Shown here in pieces: positions 40,291-53,286 of a DNA stretch of 64,000 bases. Every line of letters begins with the position of its first letter. Position 1 is the stretch's first letter. A model generated the notes under the pieces. It saw nothing but the letters and a program-made list of their open reading frames with translations. It did not search any database and had not been told where the DNA came from. The DNA lies in contig CAWBKP010000017.1 of assembly GCA_963789395.1 (NCBI GenBank), positions 54,612 through 118,611 of the forward strand. Direction: 5' to 3'. Source of the DNA: an uncultured delta proteobacterium. Lineage in GTDB: Bacteria; Desulfobacterota; Desulfobacteria; Desulfobacterales; Desulfatirhabdiaceae. The position numbers and the translations under genes are program-made.

Positions 40291-42601
40291 ATGCTGTTAA
40301 CTTCTGAGAAAATCAGCGTACAAGATATAAGGCTTCAAAACCTTCAGACAGAGGTGGAATATCGCAGAAAACTTCAGGAGATCGGAAACCGGATTCATTC
40401 AGCCTTGAATCTGGATGAAATTCAGGTTTATCTGATAGAAGAAATTATCAAGCTTTTCGATGCAGAACGCATTACCATTTATGTTTTTGATAACCTGAAA
40501 GAGGAGTTGGTTTCCCGTTACATATCCGGAGAGGGAATCAAAGAGATTCGAATTCCGGTGTCCGCCGACAGCATTGCCGGTTTTTCCGCCCTCAGACAGA
40601 AAACTGTTTGTGTCAATAACGTCTATGACGATAAGGAGCTATATAGCATTGATCCTTGTCTGCGTTTTGACAGAACCTGGGACCCAAAAAACAAATACAC
40701 AACCCGGCAGGTACTGGCTTGTCCCATCCTCCACCATAAGAACCTGCTCGGGGTGATTCAGTTGATTAACCGCAGTTCCGACGGGGTGTTTACTTCCACC
40801 GATGAGCAGTCTATCCAGGAAATCGCCAGGATTCTCGGTATCGCATTTTTCAATCAAAAGCGCATGCTCGGCACGAAACATTCGAAGTTCGATTATCTCA
40901 TTGACAATGCCGTGTTGACTGGGGACGACCTGAAAAATGCCATTTGGGAAGCGGATAAGAAAAACCTACCTGTTGAATCGGTATTGCACAATCAGCTAAA
41001 AATTCCCAAACAGACTATCGGCCGATCCCTGAGCCAGTTCTACAAGGTCCAGTTTGTTGAATACGATCCCGATACGCCGGTTCCGGATGAACTGCTTTCT
41101 CGCGTTAAACTGCCATTTATGCGCCATAATGTCTGGGTGCCGCTGCGAAATGAAGTCAGGACAAATTGTTATTGCCATAGACAATCCTGCAGACCTGCAG
41201 AAGACAAATGAAATCAATTCAATTTATAAAAAAGATGGGCATATAAACTATCGTGTGGCGTTACAGGATGATATTTTTCGCTACATCGACAGGTTTACCA
41301 AGGCTGAAAAACAGGCGGCAGGGATTAAGGATATTTTTTCCAGGGTTCAGGCGGAAACCACTGAAACAGCGGAAACGGAGCCTGTCGTTGGAGAAGAAGA
41401 CAGCACCGTGGTGCGACTGGTAAACAAGATTATTCTGGATGCAATCGAGCAAAAGGCTTCGGATATTCATATTGAACCTTATCCGGGAAAAGAAAATACT
41501 CAGGTCAGAATCCGGATCGACGGCAGTTGCCAGGTCTATCAGGCGATTCCCTGCCATTATCGCAGTGCGGTTATATCGCGTATCAAGATCATGGCGGACC
41601 TGGATATCTCTGAACATCGCAAGCCTCAGGATGGAAAAATCAATTTCAAAAAATATAGCGGAAAAGATATTGAGATACGCGTTGCAACCATTCCGACTCA
41701 GGGAGGAATGGAAGACGTCGTTTTGCGCCTTCTGGGTGTGGATGAGCCGATTTCCCTGGACTTGATGGGGTTTTCAAAACAAAATCTGGAAAATTTTATC
41801 CGTGCCATCGTCATGCCCTACGGACTTGTTGTCGTGTGCGGGCCGACAGGTTCCGGAAAAACAACCACGCTGCATTCGGCCCTGGCATACATCAACAAAT
41901 CCGATACAAAGATATGGACTGTGGAAGACCCTGTAGAAATTACTCAGAAAGGTCTTCGTCAGGTTCAGGTAAAGCCGAAAATCGGCCTGGACTTCGCTGC
42001 GGCGATGCGAACATTTTTACGTGCAGATCCGGATGTGATCATGGTGGGGGAAATGCGGGACAAGGAAACCACAAAGATCAGCATCGAAGCTTCGCTGACC
42101 GGTCACCTGGTATTGTCGACCCTTCATACCAACAGCGCTCCGGAAAGTATTGTCCGATTACTGGATCTGGGGATGGATCCTTTTAATTTCGCGGATGCCA
42201 TTTTGTGCATTCTGGCGCAGCGTTTGGTGAAAACACTGTGTCCACACTGTAAAGCGCCCTATCATCCTCTCCGTCATGAATATGATGAACTGGTCCGAGA
42301 GTACGGGCCGGATGCATTTGACCGAAATGTCCATATCCCCTATACGGAGTCACTGACGCTTTATCGGCCGGTAGGCTGCGAAGCATGCAACAAGTCCGGA
42401 TATCGTGGCAGAATGGGGATTCATGAACTGCTGATGGGTACAAGCGCCATCAAGGAGATGATTCAGCGGAAGGCCTTGATTGAAGCGCTTCGAGAGCAGG
42501 CTATAAAAGACGGCATGAAAACCTTAAAGCAGGATGGCGTCGAAAAAGTCTTTGGCGGAAGCTGCAACCTGCTGCAGGTCCGTAAAGTCTGTATCAAGTA
42601 G
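40291..42601 (+). CDS. GAF-domain GspE/PilB-family secretion ATPase; frameshift near 41158
   Basis: N-terminal GAF (SIAG, FDRTWD, GVIQLINR); ASDIHIEP, GPTGSGKTTT, EDPVE, DPDVIMVGEMRD, STLHTN, CPHC/CEAC. Confidence 0.92.
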
Positions 42602-42609
42602 GCATCGGT

Positions 42610-44325
42610 TCACATCTTCCCGGATCGAAAGATTGAATAGATCAGCCAGATACCCAGGATTGTTGCGACCGTATATCCTGTCAGCCCCAGAATTCCGGTA
42701 ATCGTGACGGTCTGCCGGCCAAACAGGTTGACGGAGAATTCCAGTACTTTTTGAGAGGAATTCAGGATCAGGGATGCGGCGATGGTGGATGCGGCAATGA
42801 CAATGCCGATGGTCAGCCTGTTGATGCCTTTTTCCAGCCGGGTGTCCATGCTGGAAAAGCCGCTGTGATGCAGTTCGAGCCGCTGTTTCCCGGCAGCGGT
42901 TTGTTTCAGAATATCATGGAGCCATCGTGGTGCCATTTTCAAGTGGGTTCCCATGTCCTTGACGTCTTTTGCCATCTCGGAGAACAGTTTCTGAGGATCC
43001 AGCCGTTTTTCAAGTAATTTTATGGCAAAAGGCCGGGAAACTTCCAGCAGGCTGGCGTTGCTTTGAAGTATTTTGCCCAGTGCTTCTGTCTGAATGAATG
43101 TTTTGAAAAGCAGAAGCAGGTTTCGTGGCAGTATGATGTGATAGGTTAGAACCAGTTCCATGATCTGATCGTAAACATCCCTAACGGAAATCGTCTTCAG
43201 GGAGCGGCCGTAAAACGGTTCCGAGACTTCCTTGAGATCGGCTTTAAATTCCTGAAGATTCGGCATGCCTTCCCGAAGAATCCCGGCATCCCCGAGCGCT
43301 TCCATTACCATATCGAAATCATGCTCGGCAAACCCCAGTAGCAAATGGGCGACATGCTGCATCATTTCATCGTCCAGATAGCCCGTAATGCCAAAATCCA
43401 CGATACCGACGCAGTTGTTCGACATGACAATGGTATTGGCCGGATGAGGATCCGCGTGAAAAAAACCAAATTCCATGAGCTGTCTGGAAAAAGATCTCAG
43501 ACCGATCAAGGCAATTTTCTCCGGATCGATGCCTGCTTCCCGGAGGGCGTCCACCCGATCCATTTTTATCCCTTCAATGAATTCCATGACAATCACGGAT
43601 TTTGACGTCAGCTCCCAATACACCGCTGGAATATGAATCTCGTCACAGTCCTGAAAATTTTTTGCAAATCGATCGATGTTGCCGGCCTCGATGAACATAT
43701 CCAGTTCGTTGAAAATGGTCCGTTCAAATTCCTTTACGATATTGGTTGCACCGATCACCTTTCCCAATTCAAAATTATTTTCAATGATACCGGAAAGATA
43801 ATACATCAGGCGAATGTCCTGTTCGATGATTTTACGGATACCGGGACGAATTACCTTGACAGCCACTTTTTCTCCGGTAAACAATCTGGCGGCGTGGACC
43901 TGGGAAACCGATGCCGCAGCAATGGATTGCGCATCACATTCACTGAAAATGGATTTCAGCGGCAGGTTGAGTTCATCTTCAATCACCTGCTGGATTTCGG
44001 AAAATGAGACGGGCGGAACCTGATCCTGAAGCTTTCTCAACTCTTCGATATAGGGCGCAGGGAAGATATCGGCGCGGGTGCTCATCAACTGGCCAAGTTT
44101 GATAAAACTGGGTCCGAGCTCCTCAAGTATCTTGCGAATGCGTTCTGGCGAGGGAAACCCTGCGGAAGAGCCGTTTTTTTTGTCTCCGGTTCGTTTGTTT
44201 CGGTTGATGCCGAATCTGCCAAACCAGTCTGTTAAATTACCGAAACCATGACGGACCAGAACCCGGCTGATCCCGGCAATCCGTTTCATGCCCATCACTC
44301 CGGAAAAACTTTTTACCATATTCAT
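42610..44325 (-). CDS. ABC1/UbiB/AarF atypical kinase family protein
   Basis: LGPSFIKLGQ, AAASVSQVH, VAVKV, FFHADPHPAN, DFG; C-terminal TM helices. Confidence 0.93.
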   Translation of the reverse strand: MNMVKSFSGVMGMKRIAGISRVLVRHGFGNLTDWFGRFGINRNKRTGDKKNGSSAGFPSPERIRKILEELGPSFIKLGQLMSTRADIFPAPYIEELRKLQDQVPPVSFSEIQQVIEDELNLPLKSIFSECDAQSIAAASVSQVHAARLFTGEKVAVKVIRPGIRKIIEQDIRLMYYLSGIIENNFELGKVIGATNIVKEFERTIFNELDMFIEAGNIDRFAKNFQDCDEIHIPAVYWELTSKSVIVMEFIEGIKMDRVDALREAGIDPEKIALIGLRSFSRQLMEFGFFHADPHPANTIVMSNNCVGIVDFGITGYLDDEMMQHVAHLLLGFAEHDFDMVMEALGDAGILREGMPNLQEFKADLKEVSEPFYGRSLKTISVRDVYDQIMELVLTYHIILPRNLLLLFKTFIQTEALGKILQSNASLLEVSRPFAIKLLEKRLDPQKLFSEMAKDVKDMGTHLKMAPRWLHDILKQTAAGKQRLELHHSGFSSMDTRLEKGINRLTIGIVIAASTIAASLILNSSQKVLEFSVNLFGRQTVTITGILGLTGYTVATILGIWLIYSIFRSGKM

Positions 44326-44569
44326 GATAATGGCCTTTTTATCTCAGACAGCACAGGATAATGACGCAGCAAAAAAGTAAAGGTGACCTGTTGTTCTATA
44401 CATCCGTATCATGCAGGGCTTTTATGTGTTGCGGATACGGATGGATTAATATAAAATATCAAACAGATGGATGCCTTCCCTTTATTTCTTATAAGTGAAT
44501 TGCCGAGTGGAAGCAATCAAAATTCCCTGCTCCATGATTCAGAATGCATGAATCCCGGTTAATGAAGCG

Positions 44570-46838
44570 GTGCGGAAAATGACAATAGAGATCACGGACA
44601 CCTTAGGGGGCAACCCTCAGGAAAATATCAATCCGGACAGCGGAGAGCAGCTCGGGTCATCGGAAGGTGAACTCCTGAGTCAGCTCATTTTAGAGCTGAA
44701 TATCGCCCGGAAAAATTATGCGATATATCCGCTCGGGCATAGCCAAATAGCCACCAGCATCCAGAAGGCTTACGGTCTGCTTGCCAGGCTGGTGAGTTCT
44801 CGGGCAGAGCTGATCATCGGCGCTGCCAAAGATTGCATTGTTACAGACAACAATACACTTGATTTCAAAAATCCGGTTCATCGCGAATTTTCCAATGCAC
44901 TGCACAGCCTCAACATTGCCGCAATTTCCTTTGATAACGGGTTGACCCAGGAAGAACTGTCTGATTTTTTCAAGGTTATCGCCACAGGCCTGGAAGACCG
45001 TGAACGTTGCCACGATCTCGTCTCGGCGATGAATGAGTCAGGTATTACACATATCCGAATCGAGAGCATCGATTATGAGCGGTTTTATCTGACAGAAGAG
45101 GCTGAAATCGTTGCCTTCGAATCTCCCAATGAACGTAAATCAACGGATATCTGGCACGAATTCATCGGAAACCTTTTTGCTGAACAGACATTTGATAAAA
45201 GCCACCGGGATCGTTTTGTCCGGATGAGACCATCTGAAGTTGCCGCCGAAATCAATGATCACATAATCGATCCCGTGATAGCCTTGCAGAATTTCCAGAA
45301 AATTTTCACCGAATCGTCTTTGTCGATGATTCAGCATCATCTCGATTTGCGGTTGGACACGCTGTTGAAGACCCTGCAACCCGAACTGAGACGTCAGTTC
45401 CTTTCCATTACCTTTGATGCAATTTCCAACCGCTCAGACGAATTTATTGGCAAATTATTCGAACGATATGATTCTGGAAATGCTGAATCATGCCAATTCT
45501 CAGAACAAACAGCTCTCGCCATCGCTGATTAACCTGATCGAAAAGCTGTCGCATACCCAGGGTTCGATGCCATTGAATGCCGGTAAGATGGACATCTCCG
45601 ATGCGGATTCGGCTTTGGTGAAGGAATCCGTGCAGAAGTTGCTGGACCGTGAATCCTACGAAAAATATGTTGATACAAGTTATGGCGCCATGCTCCAGCG
45701 ATTGAGCAAGGAGGCTTTTCAATCCGGTCAGTTTCTTAAACAACCTTTTTCAAAAGCGATTCAGGTTGAAACAGATCAGCCGATAAAGACAGTTGAAGGA
45801 TATTCTTTTTTTGAATCGTACCAGGATGTGTTTGATGCAAAACGCCTGGATCTGCGGATCATCCAGATGAGCCTTGGCTTGCTGAATCAGGATTTGGCGA
45901 TTGAGGATTATACGGGATTTGCGGAAAAGCTGACAACGCGTGCCGGTCATTTGGTGAATATTGGCGCTTACGATGTCCTGTTGATGATGATTCAAGCTTT
46001 CCAGCGACACGCCCGAGAAAAATCAGCCGACTTTCGTCTTGTGGCCGAAGAATGTCTTCAGAAACTTACGATTTCAGATATCACGACAAGGGTTCTTGAG
46101 GTGCTGCAACATGGATCAACTGATCATGCCACTGCCGTCTCCGATATCCTGTCAGCCATTGGCAAACCCGCAATTCCCGGAATCATGGATATTTACATTG
46201 CGGATGCGGCTCCAATTGGCAGTCGCCCGGTATTTGAACTGTTGAAAGGGCTTGGTACGGATTCACTGGAAGAAGCATACCGGAGGCTACACGATTCCCG
46301 TACTGCCGTATTGCGAAAAATGTTGGCATTTATCCGGAAAACCGGTTCTATGGCCTCTATTTGCCACATCCGCCCTCTCATCGGTCATGAGGACTCGCAG
46401 GTGAGGCTGGAAGCACTCACAGCGCTGCTGCATTTTCAGGATTCGGACGCAGCCGCTTTCCTTCGATGTTCCCTTCAGTCCAGTGATGACCGGGAGTGTG
46501 CGGGCGCGATTCAGTTGTCAGGATATTATCGGGTAGGGGAAGTAACGCAAGACCTGACAGAACTGTTGATCAAATCGCCATGGCGCAAAGTGGATTATCA
46601 AAAAAATGCGATCATCATAAAGTCCCTTGGGAAAATTGGCGATCCAGGCGTGCTTCCCGTGCTTGAGAAACTTTGTGAAAAGTCACTGGCTATCTACCCG
46701 GACGACCTTAGAAAGATGAAAATCGCCGTGTTTGAGTCGCTGGACGGCTATCCCAGAGAAAAACTTTCCCGTATCTTGAATATCGGTACGCGATCGGATG
46801 ATTACCGGATCCGGAATATCTGTAAAGCCTTTGTTTGA
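44570..46838 (+). CDS. HEAT-repeat protein; frameshift near 45445
   Basis: N-terminal IYPLGH motif; C-terminal HEAT-like repeats (HEDSQVRLEALTAL, IIKSLGKIGDP); two overlapping ORFs joined by one indel. Confidence 0.75.
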
Positions 46839-46907
46839 GCCCGAACTGCAGAAGACTTGCCCGCTGCGATAACAACCATTCATAACCTGTGTTTTATGAG
46901 ACCATTC

Positions 46908-48279
46908 ATGGCCGAGGATTCTGAAAATCAAAAAAAACTCATGCAACTCTTTTCCTGGATGAGTGCTGCAATCTCCAGTCACAGACTGTATCTTTCGCAC
47001 AATCCCTATTTAACGGGAAATATCGAGAAAGCCTATAGCCAGTTGCTGGACTTGATGCAGTCTGATGAGGCGCTGACGGTATTTCTGGTAGGGGAAGACG
47101 TTGTTGTCAATCGCCGCAGACTGCCAAATATAACGCCTGCGACAAAGAAATTTGCTTATTTCCTGAAGCGCAGGGGGATAGAGAACCTTGCCTTTCTGCC
47201 CGGACTTGAAAAAGAAGAATTCCACCAGTTTCTTCGAGACCTGTCCTCCCCTGATTTGTCCTCAATCGCCTCCAGAAACTGTATCAAACTGGGAAAGGTG
47301 GAGCTCCGGAGCAAACCGAGCGATGGCCTTGGGGAAGATTCGGATGCAGACGAATTGCAGGAACCGGAAAAGCTATCCGGCCAGCTCATTCAGCAATCTG
47401 GCTCGCTGACAGGCCAGGAAGCGCATGAACTTGAAGCGCAATACTTCAGGGTCCATCGATGAAAAGAAAATCGACATGCGCGCCGTGGACCAAATTGTTG
47501 TAAGGTTTATTTCGGAGTTGGAGCGAAACCTCTGTCCGATCTCCCTGCTCGGTTCGGTCAAGTCTTTTCACGAATATACCTATACCCATTTAATCAATGT
47601 CGGTATTTTAACCATGAGTTTGGCAGCCGAAGTGGGGTTTGCCGGAAATCAGCTGCATGAAATCGGAATTGCTGCCTTGCTCCATGACGTGGGCAAGACA
47701 TTCATTCCTGATGAAATTCTCAGCAAACCCGGAATACTGACTTCGGAAGAACGTGCGATTATCGAGACCCACCCGGTCAAGGGGTGTCTCCATTTAATGG
47801 ATCTAACGGAAATACCTGACATCGTGATAATTTCAGCGCTTGAACATCACCTGAAATTTGATGGTACAGGGTATCCCGCCATTCAGCCAGGCTGGAAACC
47901 AAATATTGTCGCGCAAATGATCACCATTGCCGATGTTTTTGATGCCTTGCGAAGCAGGCGTTCTTACAAAGAGCCCAAACCGTTGCATGTAATTGAAGAA
48001 ATTTTGCGGAAGGAAAAGGGAACTACGTTTAATCCGGCCCTTGTGGATGTGTTTCTGAAAATGATCACACCGAAAGATTCGGAACCCATTGCCAAGTTGC
48101 CGTTCGAAGGCATTTCAACATCCCTGAATCATTTAGGAAAAGACGTGACTGATTTAAGCCCGAAATCTCATGAGCTTTTAGAAAATCACGATTCCGGAAA
48201 AAACCAATCCGCTTCAGTCTGCAGAATATCATGCAAAGGAAGGACAAGTGGCGGAAAGTATGAAACCAGAACGGATTGA
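46908..48279 (+). CDS. HD-GYP cyclic-dinucleotide phosphodiesterase; frameshift near 47450
   Basis: YTYTH, LLHDVGK, HPVKG, EHHLKFDGTGYP, IADVFDALRSRRSYK. Confidence 0.88.
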
Positions 48280-49266
48280 TAGTCCTCAGATCGCTGAAAA
48301 TAATAATGAAACCACAGTAGGTGAGTTGTACCGGTTGATCATCACCCATGCCAAGGCAAAAGACTTTGAAAAAGCCGAAGAACTCAGAGAAAAACTCATG
48401 GATATCGATCCCATGGCGTTGAACGAGATCATTACCTCGGCAGAGATCATTGAACAGGAAAAAATTGAAGGGTTGCCCCAGGATCATCTGACTCTCTGGG
48501 CCGATCTGTATCAGTCGATCAGCAAGGAGGAAGGAAACGCCCTGTATTATGCCATGAAGGAGGCGTCATATTTCAATGATCAGCCGATTTTCACTCAAGG
48601 GGATCGCAATTCCAATCTGTATTTCGTCAAACAGGGACAGCTGAAAATGCTATGCAGCCATATCGGCAAGGAAATTTTGGTAAAAACGCTGAACCCTGGT
48701 GATATTTTCGGCATTGAAACTTTTTTTTCCGACTGCATTTGCACTACCTCTGTTTTGCCTTTTTCAAGGGCACAGGTTACATATCTTGAAAAAAAAGTGC
48801 TGCAGAAGTGGAAAGAAAAATTTCCTGCACTGGAGTCAAAACTAAACAGATACTGCCTTAATTTTGAAAAAATTCATGATGTGTTAAAGAAAAAAGGTCT
48901 GGACCGCCGCGCACAGAGTCGTTTTCGGATTGAAGGCAAAGTCAGTCTGCAATTGTTGGGAGCCTCTGGAGCCGCTGTCGGAAAACCCTTTAGAGGGATT
49001 TTATCCGATATTTCCGCCACTGGCCTGGCCTGTATTGTCAAGCTGACCAAGAAAGAAATCGGGCAATTATTGCTGGGGCGGCGCATGGAACTGAAATTCA
49101 GCCTTGCGTTAAAGACGCCAGTCGGATCTTTGGCCGAATCGGGACAGTTGTCGCTGTCAGCTCTCCGCCATTTGACGATTATTATCTGCACGTTAAGTTT
49201 CACCAGATGCTTGACGGCGCCTTGGTCAGGGAGCTTGCCGCCACCTATTCGACCAAGGCTGTCTGA
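48248..49266 (+). CDS. cNMP-binding + PilZ domain protein; frameshift near 49115
   Basis: IFTQGD..LYFVKQG..GDIFG (cNMP fold); RRAQSR and DISATG (PilZ); alternate frame gives IGTVVAV...YYLHVKF to TGA 49266. Confidence 0.82.
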
Positions 49267-49482
49267 AAATGATATCTTGGTTGCTTGATTACATTCGGGT
49301 AAATTTTAGATGAGACTTCAAGACAGGGTGGCATTCTTTTATCTTGCATTCGAAAAGTAAAAAAAGTACAACAATATGAAAGGTTAAAAACGCTTGGAAG
49401 TCCCGAACAAAGTATTTGCTGGATTAACCTGGATAAGAAGATAGAACGAGAAATCGGACGTGAAATAGGAAAGGATTGCTCT

Positions 49483-49559
<77 letters not shown>

Positions 49560-49758
49560 AATGAATCGATATCTTGGCTGATTACCACAGGAAATTCTGG
49601 ATGTAAACAAGAAATTCCGATTAACCAACGGTTACTCTGCTGGTTCATTCCGCATATTCCCCTGTTTCCCTGATGGTCCTATCAATTGAACGACATTTTC
49701 CGATCGAGTCGACATGTAAAGAAATGATATTTTTCTCCATTCTAAGGTAGCGGCAAGC

Positions 49759-50673
<915 letters not shown>

Positions 50674-50764
50674 CATCTGGCATTATCGTAATAATAAATG
50701 AGCCTTTTCGCGCGTCGGAAATTTTGTTTCAGTGCGTGACCCTTTAGGTTGCGCAGGAGCGTCT

Positions 50765-52513
50765 ATGAAAACCAGTCGGATTTCACAGGTCCTTTTTGCT
50801 GGGGCCTTTTTGTTTTTCCTGGGGTGTACAACGGTGCCGCACCCTGTTTCACGGCAAGTCGAGCCTGAGGAGGAACTTCCCGCATCGCTGTCCCCGCTCC
50901 AAGACAGCGCTGAAGGCTCCTATTTCTATTATACGGAAGCCCAGTTGCAGTTGGCCAAAGGGAATCTGGACAAGGCCGCCAGTTACCTTGAAAAGGCCAT
51001 ACAGAAAGACCCGGAATCCGCCTATCTGAAAACCGAACTGGCCATGCTCTATCTCCAGCAAAATGATGTGGAAAAAGCAGAAGCCGTCGTCAAATCAATT
51101 CTGGAAAAAAAGCCCGATGATGTGGACGCACTCATTATTCTTGGCCGGATCTCTCAAAGTCAGAATAAAATTGATGAGGCCCGCATTGCTTATGAAAAAG
51201 CCATTGCCATTGATCCAACGCTCCAGAATATTTATTTGCTGCTAGGCGATCTGTATATGGATGCGGAAGATTGGTCAAATGCACTTCGGGTGTATACGTT
51301 GCTGACTGAAAAATTCCCCGAAGCCTATGCGGGCTATTTTTATCTGGGTAAAATTTATGTTCAGAAAGGGGATTACCCCCGTGCGGAAGCCGCATTCCGA
51401 AAAACGCTTGACATTGAGCCGGAACTTGAAGAGCCCTGGTCTGAACTCATCCGTTTGTACCAACTTCAGAACAGGCCGGATCTGATCGAAACCGCCTATC
51501 AGGATATTCTGAAAACATCCCCGGATGATATCCGTGCATTGATGGGTCTGGGGATCATTTACCACAAGCAGGGAAAAAACGATAAGGCACAGGCGATTTT
51601 CAGCATGCTTGGGTTGAAAAGCGCTTCAGACTCGGAAGTGATCAAAAGCATTTTGCAGATCTACATCGAGCGGAAAAACTTTGCCGATGCTGTGGTGATA
51701 TTAGAAGGCATAATGATTGCAGTGCCGGACAGCTCAGAATTCCACTACATAGCTGGTATTGCCTATGAGGGGCTGCGAGATAGAGAAAAAGCCATTGACC
51801 AGTTCAAACGGATATCGCCGGCTGCCAGTTTTTATCCGGGAGCGGTTGCCCAGGTTTCTTTCTGGTATCAGGAGCAGGGAAAAATATCTGAAGCCATTGT
51901 CTTTATCCAGTCAGCCATCCAGAACTTACCGGATAACCCGGATTTTCGCCTGTATCTGGCGACTTTTTATGAAGAAACCGGGGATCTGGATAAAGCCGTG
52001 GCATCGCTTCAGCAGGGACTGAAGCTGGATCCGGAAAATGACCAGCTTTTTTTTCGGCTGGGGGTAATATACGATAAAATGGATCGGAAAACCGATTCCA
52101 TAGATGCCATGAAATCAGCACTGAAGCTGGATCCAAAAAATCCAAGTGCCCTGAATTATCTGGGGTATACCTATGCGGATATGGGGCAGAACCTGGATGA
52201 GGCCGAGCAGTTGATTCAGCAGGCTTTGGTCTATAAGCCGGATGACGGGTATATCACCGACAGTCTCGGCTGGGTATACTATAAAAAAGGCCTTTATCAA
52301 CAGGCGCTTGAATATCTTGAAAAAGCTGCAAAGCTTATTCCGGATGATCCCACGATTCTGGAGCATATCGGAGATACCTATCTCAAGCTCGACCACCCGC
52401 AGAAAGCATTGGCATATTACCGGCTTGCGATGGGTAAAAAAGATAAGGATAAAGATAAGGAACAATCCGATTTGCCTGCTAAAATCAAGGATCTCGAGAA
52501 AAAAGGATTTTAG
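50765..52513 (+). CDS. TPR-repeat lipoprotein
   Basis: Lipobox FLGC; many TPRs; ALNYLGYTYAD, DSLGWVYY. Confidence 0.92.
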   Translation: MKTSRISQVLFAGAFLFFLGCTTVPHPVSRQVEPEEELPASLSPLQDSAEGSYFYYTEAQLQLAKGNLDKAASYLEKAIQKDPESAYLKTELAMLYLQQNDVEKAEAVVKSILEKKPDDVDALIILGRISQSQNKIDEARIAYEKAIAIDPTLQNIYLLLGDLYMDAEDWSNALRVYTLLTEKFPEAYAGYFYLGKIYVQKGDYPRAEAAFRKTLDIEPELEEPWSELIRLYQLQNRPDLIETAYQDILKTSPDDIRALMGLGIIYHKQGKNDKAQAIFSMLGLKSASDSEVIKSILQIYIERKNFADAVVILEGIMIAVPDSSEFHYIAGIAYEGLRDREKAIDQFKRISPAASFYPGAVAQVSFWYQEQGKISEAIVFIQSAIQNLPDNPDFRLYLATFYEETGDLDKAVASLQQGLKLDPENDQLFFRLGVIYDKMDRKTDSIDAMKSALKLDPKNPSALNYLGYTYADMGQNLDEAEQLIQQALVYKPDDGYITDSLGWVYYKKGLYQQALEYLEKAAKLIPDDPTILEHIGDTYLKLDHPQKALAYYRLAMGKKDKDKDKEQSDLPAKIKDLEKKGF

Positions 52514-52519
52514 CCCATT

Positions 52520-53281
52520 ATGCGATATGCTTACTGGCTTTGGCTTGCAATTGCCTTATTGGCGAGCGGATGCGCCACTTTGACCCAAACCTCACAGATC
52601 GTTAAAGCACCGGATACACCTGAAGTGGCAGGTATTCTGCTGAATCTCAGCCAGGCCAATGCCGATCTCTTATCGTTTAAGGGAACGGGGAAGTTAAAAC
52701 TCAGGCAGGGTGACAGCGTTCAGGTGGTTCGCGCAGCCTGGACAGGCTCGCGTCCGGATAAAATTAGAATCGTCATTCAGGGCGTCACCGGAGTTCCTGT
52801 TGCCGGCATGGCTGCCGACGGTAATTGGCTCTATCTGATGTCTTACAGCCAGGACAGTTATTATAAGGAAGAGGTTCATAATCCCAATCTGAAAAAGCTG
52901 GTCTCCGTTTCCGTGACTGCCGCGGATGTGATCAGCCTGTTATCCGGAGTTGTTCCGATTCGGCAATACCTGTCGAGCGCCTTGATGCCGTTGCCGGCCG
53001 GAAGCGGATACGTTCTGTCTTTAATGGGAAAACGGGGCGTTGAAATTGAAAAAATCTACCTGGATCCAACCCGGACGCAGGTATTGAAAATCGAGATGTT
53101 TACTCCTGAAGGCCAGCCGGCATTTCGTGTGGAGTTTAGCGGGGAATCGGAAGCCGATGGCTTCCGGATTCCTGAAAGGTTTGTTTTCAGCAATGACGAC
53201 GGGGCTGGTTTCCAGCTGGATGTGGATAATTTCTGGCCCAACGCGCCTGTGTCTCCGGATATATTTGTGATTACGCCTTAG
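52520..53281 (+). CDS. Lipoprotein, LolA/LolB-like fold (DUF4292-like)
   Basis: Lipobox ASGC; beta-rich; typical position after the TPR gene. Confidence 0.65.
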   Translation: MRYAYWLWLAIALLASGCATLTQTSQIVKAPDTPEVAGILLNLSQANADLLSFKGTGKLKLRQGDSVQVVRAAWTGSRPDKIRIVIQGVTGVPVAGMAADGNWLYLMSYSQDSYYKEEVHNPNLKKLVSVSVTAADVISLLSGVVPIRQYLSSALMPLPAGSGYVLSLMGKRGVEIEKIYLDPTRTQVLKIEMFTPEGQPAFRVEFSGESEADGFRIPERFVFSNDDGAGFQLDVDNFWPNAPVSPDIFVITP

Positions 53282-53286
53282 GGATA

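Noticed and set aside
37266..49482. Block between two convergent tRNA-Arg genes as a genomic island
   Set aside because: No integrase and no duplicated tRNA 3' end found by eye; the genes look like resident functions.
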